This document shows positions 51,310-64,000 of a stretch of DNA of 64,000 bases, in pieces. The stretch's first letter is position 1; every line of letters begins with the position of its first letter. A program made the translations under genes and the position numbers. Source of the stretch: the human T2T-CHM13v2.0 reference genome, Homo sapiens. The notes under the pieces are model-generated. The model was not told where the DNA came from and did no database searches. It saw nothing but the letters and a program-made list of their open reading frames with translations. Location: assembly GCF_009914755.1 (NCBI RefSeq), contig NC_060934.1. The stretch is one strand, 5' to 3'.

Positions 51310-54089
51310 CTTTTCACTGTTGCTTTTATTTTTGGTGCCAAAATCTAAATCGGACAAATGCCAAATCTGAGATCATGCAGATGTACTTTTAAGTTTTCTT
51401 CTAAGAGTTTTATAGTTTTAGCTCTTCTATTCAGGTTTTTGTTTCATTTTAAGTTAATTTTTGTATGTTATGCAGTAAAGGTTTAACTTCATTATTTTGC
51501 ATATGGCTATTTAGTTTTCCATCGCCATTTGTTAAAAAGACTATTCGTTCCCCATTGTATAGTTTTGGCACCTTTGTAAAGAATTAATTGAATATAGACA
51601 AATTGTTTTATTTTTGGACTCTCAATTTTATTCCATTGATGTATATATCTATTCTTATGCCAGTGCTGCACTGCCTTGTTTGCCATTGCTTTACAGTAAG
51701 TTTTGAAATCAGGAGCTGTAAGTCTTTCTACATTCTTTATTTTGTTAAAGATTGTTTTGGTTTTGGAGGTCCCTTGTAATTTCATATGATCTTGAAGATT
51801 GACTTTTCAATTTTTGCAAAAAAGAGTGATCATTGGAATTTGATAGGGATTGTTAATTCTGTAGATTATGTTAGGTAGTATTGACATTTTAACAATATAA
51901 GAACTTGTTACCATACATATGGGATATCTTCTATTAATTTAGGTCTTCCAGTGATATTTTATAGGTTTCAGTGTACAAGTTTTTCATCTTGGTTAAATAT
52001 ATTCCTAGGCATTTCATTATTTTGATAATGTTATAAGAGGAATCGCTTTCTTAATTTATTTTTTGGATTGTTTATTAGTGGTGGATAGGAACACAGCTGA
52101 TTTACGTGTTTTGATCTTGTACACTGAAACTTTGCTTAATTCATTTATTGGTCCTAGCAGTTATTTTGTGGAATATTTGGGATTTTCTATATATAGAATC
52201 CTGCCATCTGTGAACAGAGGTGTTTTTCTTCTCTTTCAATTTGGATGCCTTTTATTTCTTTTTCTTGTCTGGTTGTCCTGTCTAGAACCTTCAGTACATT
52301 GCTGTCTAGAAGTGTTGAAAGTGGACATCCTTGTCTTGTTCCTGATGTTAAGGAACATTCAGTCCTTCACCACCAAGTATAATGTTGTATAATGTTGGCT
52401 GTGGACTTTTTGTAGTTACCCTTTATGAGATTGAGAAAATTCTTTTTCCCCACCCAGTTGGTTGACTTTTTGTTTTGTCATGAAAGGGTTTTAAATTTTT
52501 GTCAATTTTTTTAAATGTCTATTGAAATTATTACATGGTTTCTGTTATTTATTCTATTATGTGGTGTAGTACATTAATTATTTTCAGTTGTTAAGCCAAC
52601 TCTGCATTACTAGGCTAAATCTCACTTGGTCATGGTATATAATTTTTTATATGTTGGTGGATTCAGTTTGTTGATATTTTGTTGGGGATTTCTACATTAA
52701 TATTTATATGAGATATTGGTCTGTAGTTCTCTAGTAAAGCCTTTGTCTGTTTTCTGTGTCAGGGTAATAACTGGTCCCATAGAATGTGTTGGGAAGTGTC
52801 CCTTGCTCTTCTAATTCTTGGAAGAGTTTTTGAAAAACTGCCGTGAATTCTTCACTAAGTGGTGGTTAGGATTCAGCAGTGAAGCCATCTGGGCCTGGGC
52901 TGGGCTTTTCTTTGTGGGTAGGTTTTGTTGTTGTTGTTGTTTTACTAATTCAATTTATTTTCTTGTTATTGATCTATTCCAATTGTCCATTTCTTCTTGA
53001 GTCAGTTTTGGCAATTTGTGTCTTTCTAGGAATTTGTTCATCTAATCTAAGCTATTTAATTTATTGGCATACAATTGTTTATAGTATTTTTTTATAATCT
53101 TTTGAAAAAATTCAGTAAGGTCAGTAGTATTGTCTCCTTCATTTCTGATCCTAGTATAATAATTTAAGCCTTTCCTCTTTTTTCTTGGTCAACCTAGCTA
53201 AAGACTGCCAATTTTATCGATCTTTCCAAAGTACCAGATTTTAGTTTCATTAATTTTATTTATTGTTTTTTATATTCTGTAATTCATTACTTTCTGCATT
53301 AATATTTATTTTCCCCTTCCTTCTACTTGCTTTAGATTTAGTTTGCTCTTTTTTCCCCAGTGTCTTCAGATGGAAGTTTCAGATATTGATTTAACGTGTT
53401 TCTTTTTTTTCTTAATATTGGCATTTATAACTATGAGTTTTCCTTTATGCTCTTCTTTAGTTATAGCCTACGTGTTTTGGTATGTTGTGTCTTTATTTTT
53501 ATTCATCTCAAAAAGTTCCCTTTTGATTTCTTCTTTGACCCATTAGTTATTTAGGAATGTGCTTTTAAATCTACACTTATTTTTGAGTTTGCCAAATTTC
53601 TTTCTGCTAATTGATTTCAAATTTTGTTCCGTTGTGATTAAAAGACATGCTTTGTATTATGTCTATCCTTTTAAATTTACTGAAGTTTGTTTTGTGGCCT
53701 CAGCTTCTCATCCTTTTGAGCTATTTGAAAATTTGCATGTATCTCAAGGTCCAAAAAATAGAAAAAAGCATAAATGTCGGGCACACCTCAGTGAATTCCT
53801 CTTCAGAATCTTGGCTCCTCAAATTCAGCTCTCTTGGTAGCTCTCTGCTGTCTTAGAGCAGATTGTTCAAATCTAGGTCTTTTCAGTCATTCTTAGGAGG
53901 AAGGTTGAGCTACTGCAAGCTAGTTCATCATAGTTGGAGATGGAAGCAACCCATAAACACGTATGTGAATGTATTCATATGTGAGTGTGTCAGCATAGGT
54001 GACGCCTGTATTTATATGAATCTCATTTGACCAACAAATTCTGTAACCACTATTTCCTCTGTCAATTGGTCAGTATAGAGACGTTCTTA

Positions 54090-54547
<458 letters not shown>

Positions 54548-57459
54548 GTAAGAAACAAAACATAGGCTTTCTCTATACAGCAAGCTGGAATCCACCTTGA
54601 ACCTGAAAAATAATTGGAAGGGCCTTTGGTTTACGTTCTGGATTGCTCACCAGGCTTGCACCATGTTGGGGTTTTGCATTTTATCCTAAATGCAATGGGT
54701 TGCCACTGACAAGGGCAGGCTTAGATATTTAAAGTACCTATCTAGGCCTGACTGCTGTACAATCTAGGCAAAGAACACTGGCTCTCATGCCAGTCAGAGC
54801 TTTATTTGAATTCTAAGTCTGCCCCTTTCTATGCCAGTGGTCTGAGCCTCTGTGTGCTCATCTCTAAGCTGGAATAAGTCTTCCTACCTGTGAAGATTTA
54901 AAAGCAAGTGTGAAGCACCCAGACTGTGGCTGATAGAGAATGGATAACCCATGTGTGGTTATAGAATAGCTAAGAAGTTTATTTTTATTTGGTGTTACTG
55001 TTATTAATAAAAATTTAACATATTGCTAAAAATAGAACACAACATACAGTCTTAAAACCCTGTTGAATATATTATTTACCCAGCAATTTCTTTGTCCCAA
55101 AGACAGTGTGAAGTATAAAAAAATGCAGAGATTATGATACTCCTGTGTCTTGAAGGTGTTTGAAACTTGTAGATGAAACCCAGAGTAAAGAATTGCCCAC
55201 AATACATGGTGATGAGCTCAATGATAGGATGTTCTACTATGGGGAAAGGAGCGATGGGGTATAAGGAGCCATTAGTGTGTCCTGGGTGGGCCACAGAGCA
55301 GGAAGGCTTACACATGGTGCCCGGTGCCAGGAAACAGAAGAGGCACTAATCATCTGAAACTGAGTTGCCTTGTCTAGTTTCCCCCTTAAAAGCCCACAAC
55401 ATGCCCCTGGGAAGACCCATTCATGGATGTGCAGCCTGAACCCCAGAAACACACAGCTTAGCAACATAGCCTCCCAGGCTCTCCTGAGTGATGGGAGCAG
55501 CAGCTTACCAGACAGGACACTTGTGAGAAACGAGGTTTGGTGTGTACAGGATGTGATCATGGCTGTGATAGTCAGAGGGATCAGCAGGCATGTCTAGTTT
55601 TTCTGAGTGCACAAGCTGGTCTTTCACAGACCCTTTGGTTGGACAAGGGTTTTCTCTGTGGGCATCTACCCCACTCCAACATTGCTGACTGTGCTGCACA
55701 GCTGGGTAGGGTGTCTTGCTGGCCTATATGTGTGTCATCTGTGCCTATTGGACAGACCATTGCACGTTAATGACTCACAACATGGATTGACAGATTTCAC
55801 TCAGGGATAGCAATATGGCTGATAAATTTAATTGCCACTGAGGGGGAAATAAGATGAATCTTGTAGGATTGCATCCTTTATTGGTGGACATCCTCATCAC
55901 CACTACACCATTTTGAGATGGAGGATGTGGTTTATCTAAACTTCCTAATCTGCATCTCGTCTAGAGTGCAACCATTTCTGCTCCAATGGTTAGAAGAGCC
56001 TGGGAGATACAGTTATGGCCAGGAGAGATGCCCTGGGGTACTTTGTGAAATTCTGTTGAGATCTGTGAGATTATAGGTTCTTGTGGGAAGGATGCAACTC
56101 CCTCAAGCCCAGAAGGAAGGGATCCAGCCACCTGAAAGGTTAGCCTGTCTCATCTTCAGCAGCAGGGCTGACTGGAGTTCAGAAAGGACTTGAGAAAGTT
56201 GTGCAATTTTCCTGTTGATTGAGGTATTTTTGAGAAAATCAGCATTTGGAAGCTAATCCACAAGGATACTTTCCAAGTATTTAAATATTTAAGTCAGGTT
56301 GTTTTGATATTTGAAAGAATGAAGATATAATAACATCTGCCATAGATAATGGGATGTGGACCTTTGCCCTGCTTTTTTAAGGAGTAGTATGCTTTCCCAA
56401 GAAAGGCCCATTCCACTTCCAGAAAAGTCAGGTCCAAACTCTGGACAGAGATTAGGCTTAAGAAATCTGCCACGTCCTTTGAGACAGCTTCTCCCAGGTG
56501 CACCAAATGAGGCCCTCCTAAGAAGGGGAGATTCAGGGGCCCTTGCCCACAGGGTGGCCAGTAACACACCACGCAGGACTTTTCTAACCAGGCACTTTAC
56601 CCACAACTGAGAGGTGACTGGAGATGGCAGCAGCCCCCAGCATAAGAAGGCATCATTGCCTAGTGCCCTGGAAGTTAACCCAAGCATCATTATATCCCAT
56701 TATTATATCAACAGCAAACATTGCAATTCAAATAGTCAATCAGCCAATTTTTTTTTTTTTTGATCCAGAAGTTCTGACAAAAAGTTGCCTCTACAGTCTG
56801 GCCCTGTTCAGATTCCCCTTTGCCTTGTCCACATTATCTTCATTCTCTTCTCTGTGGCCCAGCCTCTCTTGCTCTGTCTGTTACATACTTAGGCCATCCA
56901 GTTCTTATGTTGAATCTTCATTATAATTTGCAGAAATGACTTATCCTGCCTACACAGTCTTTACTGGTTGGAGTTCTTTGTGAGATGCCTGACAACTCAG
57001 AAATGGCCACTGTCTTCTGTCCCACTCTCTTCTAGGGCCTCTAGTTTTCTTCTCTTGTTCAGTCTCTATCTACTCATCGAGTATTTATCACAGCTCTGTC
57101 AGTTAAAAATATTGGAAACTCAACTCAGACTGCCTTAGGCAACAAAAAAAATGTCTTGTTTTACTGAAGAATGCAGGGAAACGCAGAATTCAAGCAGCGC
57201 TGGATCAAGTTCCGTGCTCTGCTTCCTCTGTGTGGGCTCCTGAGGGTGCCATTCCCAGCCCTAGGGGGTGGTGCCTGTTGGCCCATCCTATAACCATTCA
57301 TAACAACTCAGATTATAGAGACTTGGGTGAAGTGTTCATCTTTGAAGGCTGGTCAACCCCACTGAAGTAGCAGGGACTGAAAGTAGGGAAGGGCTGGGTT
57401 TCCAAAGGTTAATCTAAGTGTTGCTACCCAAGGGTTGCTGTGATTCGAAAATCATAACT

Positions 57460-57784
57460 GGTCAAGTGTGGTGGCTCATGCCTCTAATCCCAGTGCTTTG
57501 GGAGGTTGGGCAGTAGGATTGTTTGATGACAGGAGCTCAAGGCCAGACTGGGCATCATTGCGAGACCCCAACTCAAAAAAAAGTAGTTAAAAAGACATTA
57601 GCCATGTATAGTGGCACCTTTAGTTCTAGGTACTCAGGATGCTGGGGTGGGAAGATTGCTTCATCCCAGGAGTTGGAGGTTACAGGTTACAGTGAGCTAT
57701 GATCATGCCACTGCTTTCTAGCCTTCTAGCCTGTATGACAGAGAAAAAGACCTTGTCTCTGAAAAAAAAAAAAAAAAGAAAGAA
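57460..57784 (+). mobile_element. AluJ-like
   Basis: diverged dimer with J-type gtgagctatgatcatgccactg and A tail. Confidence 0.88.
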
Positions 57785-58146
57785 ATTGTAGTTGTCCCCC
57801 AACATAACAGAATCCCTGCCTGTGAGTCTGTGGGCCTTAAGTGTGGCATTTGGCCCACTTGCAGTTTGAATAGAAAGAGGGCCTTACACTGTGCAGAAAC
57901 ATGGGCATTTCAGAGCACCTTTGCAGGTGTGGAAACTCAGGACTTTTGCTATTTAGTCATCTGACTTCCTCTGCCCTGGGCCACCTGTAACTTGCTATCA
58001 TGGACTAAATAATCACATCTCTCTCAGGGATCACACCATTGTCTGACTACAGATATTCAAGGCAACATGTGTGCTCTGTGATGAAGACCCAGGGAGCTGT
58101 GCATCCCCAGGTTGCATAGGTGGAGACTTGGGGTGGATATGCGTTC

Positions 58147-58439
<293 letters not shown>

Positions 58440-58678
58440 GGATATGTGTTCTTAAAAAACTAATTTGAAGCTAAGGCTGGACAACCCAATAGCTTGAGAT
58501 TATTCATCCTCCATGAAGCTCCGTATGTTACTACAAATGCAAAAGTACAAATGTCACTACAATCTCCAGGGAACTGAAATATTTCTGCCAAACGAGTGTT
58601 CATTCTATGTGACCAAGTCTCTGTAAAAAGCTTTGGATAGTCAGTTGGATAGTCATTATTTTTCTGGTGGCCCCCCCC

Positions 58679-58963
58679 TTTTTTTTTTTTTCTGAGACAA
58701 GGAGGGTCTTATTTTGTTGCCCAGGCTGAAGTACAGTCATGTAAATCATAGCCCACAGAAGCCTTGAACTCCTGGGCTCAAGAGATCCTCCTGCCTCAGC
58801 CTCCCAAATAGCTGAGAGTACAGTCATGCACTAACATGCCCAGTTATTTCTTTAATTTTTTTGTAGAGACTGGGTCTTGCTATGTTGCCCAGGCTGGTCT
58901 TTAACTTCTGGCCTCAAGAAATTCTCCCACCTTGGCCTCTGAAAGCTCTGGGATTAGAGGCAT
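58679..58963 (-). mobile_element. AluJ-like
   Basis: poly-T + gagacaagg...aactcctgggctcaagagatcctcctgcctcagcc. Confidence 0.88.
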
Positions 58964-60218
58964 GCAATACAATGTACATCTTGGAGTTTCTTATTAACCA
59001 ATTGGAGTACTACATAAAATGCTAGCACTGTTTGGGATATGAATTTAAGAACTGTAGAGAAACAAAATGATCTTGTTTTGAAATAGGATTAGCTTCATTC
59101 ACAGTGATAACACTGATTACTTAAGCTGAGTAAGGTACCATATTAAGCTCTTGAAAATATTGTCCCATTTAATCATTCTAGAAGCCCGTGATTATTATTA
59201 TGGTACTATTATTAACCACATTTGACTGATGAGGAAGTTGAAGATCCTCCAGATTGAACTGCTGGTGATTCACAGAAACATGATGGATGATCAGGTCCAT
59301 CAAATGCCAGAAACCACCTGCTGGGCACTATCCCCCACCCCAAAGCCATGCTTTCATGGGAATGCCTCTGGCAAGTTATGAGAACAATTTACTCATTTAA
59401 AATGGCCAAGATTTGCAAGGCCTACATCTATAAGTCTTCCAGTTTTTTGAAATGCTAGCAGATATCATGCACTCATAAAATAATAGCCCCTCAGCAAAGT
59501 AATCTAGCTCCCATGCTCAAGGAAGTCTTTGGAATCCAACAGACCAGGTTTAAATCTCTGTTTGGCCACCTGTTGGCTTTGGAGAAGGCACTTCTCCTTT
59601 GCAGACTTAGCATCATCATGGGGATGATCGAAAATACTTGTGGTACCACTGGGTAGAGGAAATGAGATAAAGCAGGTGCAGGGCTCAGCCTAACACATGA
59701 TAATGAGTGTCTTTTCTGTTCATGTTGTTATGCTTCTTGTCATTAGCACTTCACCTTTTCATTTTCTGAAAACATTAAATGTGGGACAAATTCCATAAAA
59801 TATTTGAATAATTGCAAAAGTGTATCCTGCAAAGTTGACTCTACTGTGCAAACTGAACTGAACTGCTTCTTTGACAGGTGATGCATGTAACTTTAATGTG
59901 GTCTATAAATGCAGGTTGGGGGTATCTATGTATTATTAGAAAAGTTTGAGTCATACTGTAGTAGCAGATGTGGCAGTCAGAGACCACAGATGCAAACTGT
60001 GAGGATCTTATAGCTATTAAATGAGATTCTTTGCATTACTATGAAAGGTTTTAGCTCCTGTGAATATTCTAGAATCTCTGAACATTCTGGAATCTATGAC
60101 ATTAGGATTGAAAGGCCCTTAGACATCATTCAGGCCAGGTCTGTCATTTCGTTGGAGATTCTGAGATCCAGAGATGGGAGTCACTTGCTCAAATCAATCA
60201 GTTGTCTTGAGGGCTTCT

Positions 60219-60312
60219 AATTCCCACTCCACTCCAGTTCAGGCAACTGGAAAAAAGTACATTCAAATTCCCACTCCACTCTAGTTCAGGCAACTGGAAA
60301 AAAGTACATTCA
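60219..60312. repeat. 47-bp tandem duplication (1 mismatch)
   Basis: aattcccactccactc(c/t)agttcaggcaactggaaaaaagtacattca x2. Confidence 0.93.
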
Positions 60313-60695
60313 GCTTCACTTTTGAAGGGTGGGATTGTGGTGAGATTCATGTCCATTTGGTAAAATAGCTGTCCAGTCCATGCTGATGAGCTGCTACAGG
60401 ACCTTCCAGACCTGTTGCTTTCTGTCCATCACCAGTAGCCTCATGGCTCTGAAGGCCAAAGGGCAGACAACTTTCTCCTCCCCTAACTTGGATTAAGATA
60501 TCTTAAAGCTGAGCAACTGTTTCCTTATAGTCCTGGCTGCAGTGGGTACCCTACACATTCTGAGGGTGTAGAGAGAAGGTATCTTTCTCAAACATTCATG
60601 GGAGACTTGGCTTATTCACCCCAGGAGGTTTGGGGCCAGGCCCATAAGGCCCATAAGGCAAATGTATCCAGGGTGACTCTGTTTCTGCTCCCCAG

Positions 60696-60902
60696 AGGCG
60701 AAAATGTGGCAACATCAAGGCAGCCAACGCCTGGGCCAGGATCCAGGAGCAGCTTTTTGGGGAGCTGGGCTTGTGGAGCCAGGGGGAAGAAACCAAGCCC
60801 TGTTCCCCATGGGAACTCGACTGGAGAGAAGGACCAGCTCGAATGAGGAAACGCATCAAACGCTTGTCTCCTTTGGAGGCCCTGAGCTCAGGAAGGCACA
60901 AG
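60696..60902 (+). CDS. WDFY4: WDFY4 exon K, 207 nt, phase 0-0 (RRKCGNIK...WELDWREGPARMRKRI...SGRHK)
   Basis: ctgctccccag|AGG acceptor, AAG|gtagga donor; W.LD..EG..RMR motif typical of the region before the PH domain in BEACH proteins. Confidence 0.95.
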
Positions 60903-62293
60903 GTAGGAGTCAGGCGCAGTGGGACAGTGCTGGTTCCAGGTAGGGCCTGATAGGAAAGCAGCTCCTGAGCTTCCCCATCACATGTTGTTTATATCAGGCT
61001 AAGATAACACATGCAGTTAAATGTAGGAGAGTCCCAAAATTTATTCTCAATGCCATTTAAGAGGAGAAAAGCATCACTAACCCTCCTAGGTACATAGCAG
61101 GGACACTGTAACTACAGCCTGCATGAATGAATAAATATTGAGTGTTGAGTGGTGAGTGGTTCTTACCTATGCTGCAGGCACAGCCCTGTGCTGCAGTCCA
61201 CACAAGTCCTGTGGAATCATCTGGATGCAAGTGCTTGGAAAGGGCCAGGGGAAGGCTATTGTCTGCTCGCACAAGTTACTTGTTATTGGGCAGTTGTAAC
61301 CCATACTGCTATAAGCATTACTGCAAATCCCATAACAAATTTTACGATGAAAATCTCATGAACTTGACTGTTTCTGCAATTTTGAGCCAGTGATCCACTC
61401 ATTCCAAACAACATTGACTTCCCAAGCAACAGAATCTGGGTAGTCCCTGGGAGTTTGCTCTAATGAAGCTTGAACTGTGTCGCAAACTCTTATTTTGCCT
61501 TTTAAAAGAAAAGAAGCCAGTTGGATTCATTTGGTAGTAGATATAGGAAATCTGTTAATAGTTTTTCATGTCTTTATTGAATGATCATAATTTAAAATAT
61601 CCTCAAAGGCGGCCTTCCAAACACCAGAATGCTGGATTTTTTTCTTCTGCATTCATCACAAGTAACAATGTTGAGTTTATTCTCTCGTCTGTAACCTCAG
61701 CATCTTTTACTCATGCTAAAAATCCTTTGTAAAATCTAATGAAAAAATTAGATTTCATTTATTCAGTAGATACTTAAATTTTCTAAGTATTGTCAATAAA
61801 CATTTGGTGGTGTGTAGTATTTTCCCTCACTACATTTTTTAGGAATAGGAAGCAAAAAAAAATAAAAAATAAAAAAAATAAGTAGCCTGCTCACTGTGCT
61901 GGTGACAAAGCCAAGGGCTGGCTATGAAACCTGGTCTCTGGTCTCTGGGGCTGTCCAGCCCTGGAACCTCCCCTGGTCCCCTCTCCAGGGTGTCCTACAC
62001 AGAGACATTGAGGATGCTATCTAATCCCATCTGGGCCTCTTCTTTGGTAATTACCGTAAGTCCTACTTAATGGAAGATTGTGGGTTTTTTCCCCTTTGAC
62101 TCAGGAACATTCATACTTGCATTTTATTGTGGTCCTTTAGGATTTAGTGTTTCTCTCCCTTTGCATCTGAGTCTTGCATAATTTGAAGGGGTCACATGCA
62201 TGTGCGTGTTTGTGAATCTGTGGAATTGGAGGTGAGTGAAGCATAGATGTAGCATCCAGGATTTAATTTTTCTTTTCAATGTCCTTATTTCAG

Positions 62294-62345
62294 GAAAGCC
62301 AAGACAAAAATGATCATATTTCTCAAACAAATGCTGAAAACCAAG
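62294..62345 (+). CDS. WDFY4: WDFY4 exon L, 52 nt, phase 0-1 (ESQDKNDHISQTNAENQ)
   Basis: ccttatttcag|GAA acceptor, AAG|gtattc donor. Confidence 0.9.
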
Positions 62346-62632
62346 GTATTCAGTTTATCTATTTTTTCCTTTAATAGTTAAGCTAATTATTGGTTTTATT
62401 TAATATTTTATTAAAGATATTAAATTAATATTTTAGAAGAGGAAAATGCTATTGTAGCCAGCCCTGGGACTTATTGTTACTGCACTTCCAGAGAGAAGAC
62501 AAGTCGATTTCAGCCCTAGACACTTGTTAGGGAAAACATTTTCTATTAAGGTTGCAACAATAACAATTTTTGGGGAGAAACAGTCTTGTCAATTTGCTAT
62601 ATCAGGGAGATCTTAAAAGTATTCCCAAACAA

Positions 62633-62919
<287 letters not shown>

Positions 62920-64000
62920 AATGACTACTTGTTACTGCTGATCAAACTTTTCTCATTTCCTGACTAATGGATTTGTATTGAGCTTGCTACCTTGCCTGTC
63001 TGCAGTAATACAAGCCCAGAAGTGAGGATCTTGGGCTCTGATCCCCAGGTGATTTGGGGTCTTATTGTGGCACAGAGGATAGGATGATATTGTGATACCT
63101 GTTTGCCTCTCGTCTCTCCACCCCAAGCCCTACAACTCTCACATGGAATGATTGCCTGCCTGCTCCAGCTCCAGAGGTGGGAGTTGCAGAGAGTGCAGTG
63201 GTGGAAAGCATGAACTGATCTTTTTGTGGATGATGGCCATGGGCTGCTGTGTCCTCTCATTCTTGACATGCAGAGCCCCTGGGTGTCTGTGACCCTGGGC
63301 CTTCATGGTATTTCCAGTATGCACCCTGAGTAGGGAGCTCAGCCAAAGGAGAAAAAAGGTCCTGTGGTTCTCCACCATGCCTCTCCTACACACCTCTCCC
63401 TGCATGGGGGAAAGCTATGAGGGTTTGCGTGAGCAGCAGACACTTTCAATCATCCAGTACAGAAAAGATAATGAAAGTAAATGGACCAAATTGTAAACAG
63501 TGGAGCCAAACAGACTAGAGATGAAAAAACCAGACCCTTATCCCAGAGAGACTTTATTCAGATTCTACCTCTAGTTCTTAGAAGCCATATGATCTTGTAC
63601 AAAGTAATTAGCCTGTTTCAGCTTTTCCATTTGTCAAGTGAGGATGAAATAGTATCTCCAACCAAGATGGGACAACATTTTAAAATGTCATCAGAAGTAT
63701 CTGGCACAGAGAAAGGGCTTACTAAATGGGACCTGTTATTATTAGCACTATCTCTGGGTGCATGGGTGAGATTTGTTTTATTTCTCACAACTTCATATCT
63801 TTTCCAAGTTTTTTTTACAATAAAAGGATATTGTTTCTATCATGAGAAAAAACAGCAATATTCAAAGAGTGAATGAAGTGAAATTCAGAGAAAGCAAATC
63901 CTAGCTGGGCCTCTGAGGAGTTGCTTTACTGACTAACGAGGGTGAATTTGGAAATGTTGCCCTGTGGTCACTGGAAGTGGCTGAACAGCTAGGCCTGGGC

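Larger units (their letters stand above)
49465..53700 (-). mobile_element. Second L1 (L1MA/MB-like), 3' end plus ORF2, interrupted by MER1A and THE1
   Basis: 3' end aattcatataacatacaattcacctatttaaagt; peptides MFIAILFIIVKSWKQPKCP and PDFKTYCKA...WHKNRYIHQWNKIESP. Confidence 0.82.

Overview
Human (primate) genomic DNA lying inside the WDFY4 gene (BEACH/WD40 family, + strand). Twelve internal coding exons with GT-AG boundaries and matching phases splice into one continuous frame of 1,786 nt (~595 aa, DSLDAMLQW...QTNAENQ). By my recollection of the protein this is roughly residues 1739-2333, just before the PH-BEACH-WD40 module. A 34.5-kb intron (19925-54469) holds an ~11-kb nested transposon stack (L1M, Charlie1, MER44, MER1A, THE1, MLT1, Alu). 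I see no convincing new gene or biological system, and the other ORF-track entries look like repeat-derived or shadow ORFs. The best leads are: a 39-bp near-perfect intronic hairpin with adjoining overlapping inverted repeats (14650-14773); a very weak GTCTCT donor followed by an in-frame stop and AATAAA; inverted Alus bracketing the last three exons (circRNA-type layout); a G-run cluster behind a weak donor; a YY1 near-consensus that probably matches a known lupus variant; and a perfect PU.1-IRF composite site. Repeat subfamily names and SNP identities come from memory and need database confirmation.
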